A stretch of 53,071 bases of DNA from Candidatus Altiarchaeota archaeon (lineage in GTDB: Archaea > Altiarchaeota > Altiarchaeia > IMC4 > SCGC-AAA252-I15). Position 1 is the first letter of the stretch, and each line of letters starts with the position of its first letter. The notes under the pieces are model-generated. The model made no database searches and was not told the DNA's origin. It was given only the letters and a program-made list of their open reading frames with translations. The stretch is taken from the NCBI GenBank assembly GCA_043813075.1, contig JBDRLL010000011.1:1-53071 (forward strand), in the 5' to 3' direction. This document shows positions 48,906-53,071 of the stretch, piece after piece. The position numbers and the translations under genes are program-made.

Positions 48906-49886
48906 ATGCCCCTATGGCCGAGCAGAAGGAGGGGATTAGACTACAAGCCCCCGCAACCGATAGACCCGCTAGAGCATAGGGCAGAAGCAGGCCCACGAAA
49001 GTCCGACCCCTTCCCCACCGAACTATTCGAGGAAACAAGCCACCCAGAAAAAACAATGCGCTTCCTGAAGGTGTATGAGCAGGAACTACAGGCACTATCC
49101 CAGGCTAAGCGGAAGGACGGTCGGGCCTTGTTCCACGGCCTCGGATTCTACCCTGAAGTCGGCGCAGACCTACTGCCGGTAGTCAGCACACGCCAGCATG
49201 GCAGACTCGTGGGCATGTCAATGCACGAAAGCGAAGTACTTGCTGGATGCGCATTACTCAAGAACCTCGGCTACGACCCTCAGGAAGTATTGGGGTCATA
49301 CATAAGCTCCGGCCCCATAAGAAGAGACATGGATGTTGAGGGACTATCCGCATTCGGGCAGAAAAACCTTCAGGCTGCGTTAAGCCGCATAGCCGACTCA
49401 AGACGCTGGATAGGCAAGGAGATCGGAACCAGGGACTGGAGGAACTACGGGAGGTATGTGAACTGGCAGCACTTCAGCTTCCTGCCGTCAGTCTCAGGGG
49501 ATGAGACAATACTCGGCGACTATCTTGGAGACAGAAAATTCGACTACATGATCCTGAAGGGCACCCTACCCTTCAGGTACGAGCAAGACGATGACGTGAG
49601 GATGCAGGACTACTCTAGGTGGCTTTCAACGACTAGCGACCGATTCCTAGCGGATGATGCCGTCGTCCTAGCGTCTTCAGTGGATCGTCCCGCCATAGAA
49701 GTCCTCAAGGGAAAGGGTTTCGAGGAGACAATAAGATCACACCAACCTTACCCACAAGAGGTACAAACTACCGGATCAGTCGATGGGAACAGGATAAACC
49801 CCAGCATCTCAGGAATACGACTGTTCCGTGGCAGATCCTTCGTGAGATTCATTCCAGGCGCAGGATTCACGGCCCTAGAGCGGTAA
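48906..49886 (+). CDS. Hypothetical protein, possible degenerate class I methyltransferase-like fold
   Basis: 326-aa ORF. FYPEVGAD loosely resembles motif I and KFDYMILK motif IV; the match is weak. Confidence 0.55.
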   Translation: MPLWPSRRRGLDYKPPQPIDPLEHRAEAGPRKSDPFPTELFEETSHPEKTMRFLKVYEQELQALSQAKRKDGRALFHGLGFYPEVGADLLPVVSTRQHGRLVGMSMHESEVLAGCALLKNLGYDPQEVLGSYISSGPIRRDMDVEGLSAFGQKNLQAALSRIADSRRWIGKEIGTRDWRNYGRYVNWQHFSFLPSVSGDETILGDYLGDRKFDYMILKGTLPFRYEQDDDVRMQDYSRWLSTTSDRFLADDAVVLASSVDRPAIEVLKGKGFEETIRSHQPYPQEVQTTGSVDGNRINPSISGIRLFRGRSFVRFIPGAGFTALER

Positions 49887-50006
49887 CAAGCATTTATAAC
49901 CCTCAACTGCCTATTCCCTAAAGCCCCCCATAGGGTCACCCTTCGGTGAGACTCGAAGACATTAGTCGATCAATGAGCCTGGGTGTTAATGGCGGGGCAA
50001 CACTCC

Positions 50007-50705
50007 TCACACCAAAAGACTACATTCAGAAGTCCTCTCACTTCCGTCAACAACAACAGTCCTAACAACCTTACCCTTCCTCTTCGCCCTAATCCTCGCC
50101 TCACCAGGATCCTTAACATCCCCCGGCGCAACAACCTCGTCAATAACATACCTGTGGGATACGCTAGCCCCCTTGAATCCACCATCAACGTCAAACAACA
50201 AATCCTCCATCAACAGGCCAAGCGCAGAACCTCCGAGAGATGCTTTAACGAAATTATCCTTAACCCCGCCACCCGGCTTAGGCAGCTTCTTGCCTGAACT
50301 CAAAGACCACGGCTTATCACCCTTAACATTCAACAAAGGAAAACCATCCCCCACAGACTCGTAAACACCCTTCAAGACACCAGAATCCAACTCAGAATCC
50401 AACTCGACAGTATAATAACCCTTCTTAGTCTTATCCAGAAAATCCACGCCAAGACCAGACAAAGCACCCCTAAAGTCAACCCTAGAGTAAATACAACCCG
50501 ACACATCCAGACTCCCCTCAACACTCCCAGCCAGCACCCACCCGACACCACCACAATACTCCGGCGAACCAGTAACCCTCAAAACACCCTTACCCACCTT
50601 CACGCCAAGAACAGGGCCGCTAAAATCACCCCTACCATACTTGGTGAAAAAACCATGAGCCCCATCACCGACAGAACCCCCGAAAATACCCCTAATAAAA
50701 TGCAT
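50007..50705 (-). CDS. Hypothetical protein (archaeal conserved-hypothetical-like)
   Basis: 232-aa ORF with F.KY.RG.F.GP, KLPKPG and ARIRAKRKGK segments; strongly G/T-ending codons. Confidence 0.65.
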   Translation of the reverse strand: MHFIRGIFGGSVGDGAHGFFTKYGRGDFSGPVLGVKVGKGVLRVTGSPEYCGGVGWVLAGSVEGSLDVSGCIYSRVDFRGALSGLGVDFLDKTKKGYYTVELDSELDSGVLKGVYESVGDGFPLLNVKGDKPWSLSSGKKLPKPGGGVKDNFVKASLGGSALGLLMEDLLFDVDGGFKGASVSHRYVIDEVVAPGDVKDPGEARIRAKRKGKVVRTVVVDGSERTSECSLLV

Positions 50706-50747
50706 AATACCTAATAATTCCCATACCAGAAATAAAAACCAAATAAA

Positions 50748-51263
50748 ATGATGGAAACACTACTACAAACCGGAGACCCCACCATACAACTATACGGGCT
50801 CATATTCCTGCTCGGCAGCCTCACAGTAGCCAGCCTATCAGACCTACGACGCCTCGCAGCACAAAAAGACTTCACAGAAGTCTGGATATTCTTCACAGCA
50901 ACCATGCTACTCACAGACATATACCTACTCACAACAAACCAGACAGACCCGTTAACCGCAACCGCCAAATGGACAATCATAATAGCATTCGCATCCATAA
51001 CCACCACCACAATACACTTCAACATATCCACCATGGACGCAGCAGCAGTCACAGCACTACTATCCCTCCTAAACCCAGTGGAAATAACCCTAACACTAAT
51101 ACTACTCCTAATAACCGGAGAACTACTACAACCCCTACTCAAACAATACGGGGAAGCAGGAGCATACCCCTTCCTACCCATAGCATGGACCATCAACATA
51201 CTACTACTAGCATACGCCACAACAGGAGGCCCCGAAACGCTAGCCCAAATCATAATAACCTAA
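50748..51263 (+). CDS. Membrane protein resembling a minimal A24 prepilin-peptidase family member
   Basis: About 6 TMs; ASLSDLRR (first Asp), STMD (second Asp position) and YPFLP. Confidence 0.5.
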   Translation: MMETLLQTGDPTIQLYGLIFLLGSLTVASLSDLRRLAAQKDFTEVWIFFTATMLLTDIYLLTTNQTDPLTATAKWTIIIAFASITTTTIHFNISTMDAAAVTALLSLLNPVEITLTLILLLITGELLQPLLKQYGEAGAYPFLPIAWTINILLLAYATTGGPETLAQIIIT

Positions 51264-51307
51264 AAACCACATTTTTTAACAATCCAAACCCAAAGTATAT
51301 GTCACAA

Positions 51308-51379
51308 CCAAAAGGGGCTGTGGGGGAACGGTCACGGTCCGTTCACACCCGTGGCGCATTCAGCAAAGCTGAATGCACC
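51308..51379 (+). repeat. Shortened upstream copy of the tRNA-Trp precursor (tRNA 5' end plus intron two-hairpin module)
   Basis: CCAAAAGGGGCTGTGGGG matches CCAAAAGGGGCTATGGGG (51407-51424). 51326-51379 matches 51452-51507 in all outer stem segments. Confidence 0.85.
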
Positions 51380-51412
51380 TAAGCCAAACACACGATAACA
51401 CACACACCAAAA

Positions 51413-51656
51413 GGGGCTATGGGGTAACTCGGCATCCTAGCGGGCTCCAGCGAACGGTTTCGTCCGTTCACACCGACGGCGCATTCACCCATACGGGCGA
51501 ATGCACCAGTGAAAAGGATAACACAAGACTGGAGCGCTGAGTCCCGGCCAACCCGGGACAATGACGAAAAACAAAACAGGTCAAAGGCCAAACAAATGCC
51601 TGGAAAAAAAAGTTCGAAGTGACCTGCCGATGGGGGTTCAAATCCCCCTGGCCCCA
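51413..51656 (+). tRNA. tRNA-Trp(CCA) with a 171-nt intron at 37/38 (51451-51621)
   Basis: Acceptor GGGGCTA/TGGCCCC plus discriminator A, anticodon stem GCGGG/CCTGC, CCA at 51447-49, T arm GGGGG-TTCAAAT-CCCCC. BHB with GAAC/GTTC, central helix CUCC/GAAG (one mismatch), bulges AG^C and UG^A. Confidence 0.92.
51509..51592 (+). ncRNA. Intron-encoded box C/D guide RNA for tRNA-Trp 2'-O-methylation
   Basis: Guide CTGGAGC pairs with tRNA 31-37 and places C34 exactly 5 nt upstream of box D' CTGA (51537-40). C' ATGACGA at 51561-67. Second guide CAGGTCA pairs across the 3' splice site; terminal C and D boxes are degenerate. Confidence 0.8.
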
Positions 51657-51698
51657 CAGGTGTGATGTTGAACCTGTAGGGTTTTGGGGCATTTTTTT
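51656..51698 (+). terminator. Hairpin plus T7 tract after tRNA-Trp
   Basis: ACAGGT-N10-ACCTGT followed by TTTTTTT at 51692-51698. Confidence 0.55.
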
Positions 51699-51753
51699 AA
51701 AAGAGAAATAGGGGGTATTATCAACCTCTGTTATTTTCTAATATCTCATCGTA

Positions 51754-51984
51754 TCACCTCCATCCGTGGCATCCGTGGCCTAGGTATGCATCATCCTCTT
51801 CCGGTCTCCATCCGCTAAAGCTATGGTCTTCTATCCATTGTGCAAGTCCATTGTGATGGGATATCATATTGCTGATATGCCAGCCATCACTTCCCTCATC
51901 ATCTACTTCTTGGCTCTCATAGTGGGCAGATACTACCCCCATCACTATAAGAATTACAAGACCTGATATAATGCTTTTCCTCAT
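51754..51984 (-). CDS. Small secreted His/acid-rich protein (76 aa)
   Basis: Signal peptide ending VVSA-H; mature part has 7 His and ends GHGCHGWR; strong GGAGGTG SD. Confidence 0.7.
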   Translation of the reverse strand: MRKSIISGLVILIVMGVVSAHYESQEVDDEGSDGWHISNMISHHNGLAQWIEDHSFSGWRPEEDDAYLGHGCHGWR

Positions 51985-52085
51985 CTTATCACACCTCCTA
52001 ATGCATGTTCTCTTGTTTTTCTTTTGTAGTCAATCACAATCCAAACTCCGTATCCTGTAAGTATCCACATTAATACTTCATTCAT
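51981..52085 (-). CDS. Putative 34-aa membrane microprotein (MNEVLMWILTGYGVWIVIDYKRKTREHALGGVIR)
   Basis: Not in the ORF track; translated manually. Start overlaps the Cys-rich gene's end and the stop forms ATGA with the His-rich gene. Hydrophobic segment followed by basic KRKTR. Confidence 0.5.
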   Translation of the reverse strand: MNEVLMWILTGYGVWIVIDYKRKTREHALGGVIR

Positions 52086-52272
52086 TTTTTGTATGGTATT
52101 CTGGCCAAGGATGGTCTCCACACGTTATCACAGGCAGGCACCAGTAACAGTCTGCGGGCTCACCACCATCTCGCTTATCATAGTTCCTGTTTTTCCCACA
52201 TCTTAAGCATTTTCCCCCGCAAGGTTTATCGCCTTTGTCGGGAAAACAACATCCTTGACCACTCAAACACAT
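52078..52272 (-). CDS. Small Cys-rich protein (64 aa, 9 Cys), metallothionein/zinc-finger-like
   Basis: GAGGTGA SD 5 nt before ATG 52272; CC, CxxxCxxC and CxxC patterns. Confidence 0.6.
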   Translation of the reverse strand: MCLSGQGCCFPDKGDKPCGGKCLRCGKNRNYDKRDGGEPADCYWCLPVITCGDHPWPEYHTKNE

Positions 52273-52296
52273 ACACGTCACCTCTTTCTTTTAGTC

Positions 52297-52450
52297 GAAT
52301 ACAGCTTTCCAACCGTCTTCGCTGTATTCCCTTTAGCTGTTACAGGACAAGTCTTTTACTGTTACCAAATATTTTTTAGCCTTCAGAAAGTGTTACGAAA
52401 GGTTTTTATAGGGTTATGACGTAGTATATGGTAACATTAACAATTGTTAA
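52297..52450. promoter_or_regulatory. Divergent control region: 9-bp inverted repeat, phased TGTTAC boxes and a 14-bp palindrome
   Basis: GAATACAGC-N15-GCTGTATTC (52297-52329); TGTTAC at 52338, 52360 and 52391; inverted GTAACA at 52431; TTAACAATTGTTAA (52437-52450). Confidence 0.55.
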
Positions 52451-52457
52451 GACTTTT

Positions 52458-53071
52458 ATGGATTTAGGAAATAACATACTATGGATTATTGTACTTTTGC
52501 TTGTCACAGCATTGACTCTAAATAACTCCCATCATCATCACAAGATAATAGCATTACATTATGGTCCATCAGCAAGGCTATTTGACCCTCTAATTGCAAT
52601 AACCTCCTTTCTCGTTGGTGCTTTGGTAACTCTGATGTTTCAGTTAGGAATCAATGTCTTGAATTTTGAAAGGGTTTCAAAGCTTTTGCCAAAAAACGAG
52701 AAGATAGTTATGGACGCCCTTTTTAACAACAAGACAATGACTGAACTGGACCTCTCAGTTCAAACAGGTTTATCCAAAAGGAGAATATCTCAAATACTTT
52801 CGAAAATGGAAAAGAAGGGAGTAATAACAAGGACTACAGAAAATGATTCAACCACCATAAATTCAAGTATTTACAAATTGCATAAATCGGCAAACATTAT
52901 ATCTGACTTACCTGGTTTAACAGAGAAAAGAGTACTCATTATGATATTTCTGGTTCTATTATTCGGGTTGTCCTTTTCAATATTGAACAACTACCATAAC
53001 TCCTATCTTGAACATCCACTAAGGCCAGTAATGTACCTTCTTGCTATAGAGTTCTGGGCGCTTGGTGGTAT
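52458..53071 (+). CDS. Membrane-tethered winged-HTH (MarR-like) regulator with a His-rich loop, 3' end outside the window
   Basis: Not in the ORF track (no stop codon). Manual translation: TM1-NNSHHHHKIIALH-TM2-LPKNEKIVMDALF...MTELDLSVQTGLSKRRISQILSKMEKKGVITR (wHTH)-TM3-NNYHNSYLEHP-TM4. Confidence 0.8.
   Translation, partial: MDLGNNILWIIVLLLVTALTLNNSHHHHKIIALHYGPSARLFDPLIAITSFLVGALVTLMFQLGINVLNFERVSKLLPKNEKIVMDALFNNKTMTELDLSVQTGLSKRRISQILSKMEKKGVITRTTENDSTTINSSIYKLHKSANIISDLPGLTEKRVLIMIFLVLLFGLSFSILNNYHNSYLEHPLRPVMYLLAIEFWALGG

Noticed and set aside
51308-51507. CRISPR array or split-tRNA half
   Set aside because: Only two copies, with internal variation and no spacer periodicity or cas genes. 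The upstream copy has just 12 nt of tRNA and no BHB-forming partner, and the downstream tRNA is complete.
51379-51692. Minus-strand ORFs 51379-51657 and 51468-51692, and ORFs 40590-40772 and 40596-40895
   Set aside because: They overlap tRNA genes, structured RNA or rps13; translations such as GPGGFEP are typical antisense-tRNA artefacts.
52089-52379. 96-aa plus-strand ORF opposite the Cys-rich gene
   Set aside because: TTG start without an SD. The minus-strand ORF has a strong SD and fits the coupled operon.
1-53071. Transposases, integrases, defence systems, cas genes, rRNA
   Set aside because: No recognisable motifs for any of these among the ORFs or intergenic regions.

Overview
Archaeal chromosomal segment. 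Evidence: archaeal-type AlaRS, RadB, ABCE1, the rps13-rps4-rps11-rpoD-tRNA-Leu-rpl18e-rpl13-rps9-rpoN-rpoK-rps2 cluster, tRNA introns with bulge-helix-bulge (BHB) motifs and GGTGA-type Shine-Dalgarno (SD) sites. A DPANN-related lineage such as Altiarchaeota is my guess only and was not verified. Contents: a malic enzyme/two-subunit fumarase operon interrupted by a GT-C glycosyltransferase, aroC, a bacterial-type glutamine synthetase III, mre11-like/radB, alaS, three membrane-anchored Thr-type sulfatase-fold proteins, a four-gene glucosylglycerate-type compatible-solute cluster, a two-domain Dph2, nadE, a UDP-sugar/DUF362/UbiA glycan cluster, ABCE1, enolase, and three intron-containing tRNAs: Ser(UGA) with a 37/38 intron, Leu(GAG) with a D-loop intron, and Trp(CCA) with a 171-nt box C/D intron. 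The most unusual signals are non-coding. (i) tRNA-Trp is preceded by a shortened copy of its own precursor: the tRNA 5' end fused to a two-hairpin module also present in the intron, with stems conserved and loops changed. tRNA-Ser has a similar but weaker shadow leader. (ii) A multi-hairpin RNA sits between tRNA-Ser and rps13. (iii) An AT-rich block after tRNA-Trp carries three coupled microproteins (Cys-rich, single-TM, secreted His-rich) divergent from a membrane-tethered, His-loop winged-HTH regulator with phased TGTTAC sites, a candidate metal-sensing module. All calls come from reading motifs and folding by eye; no searches or computations were run.
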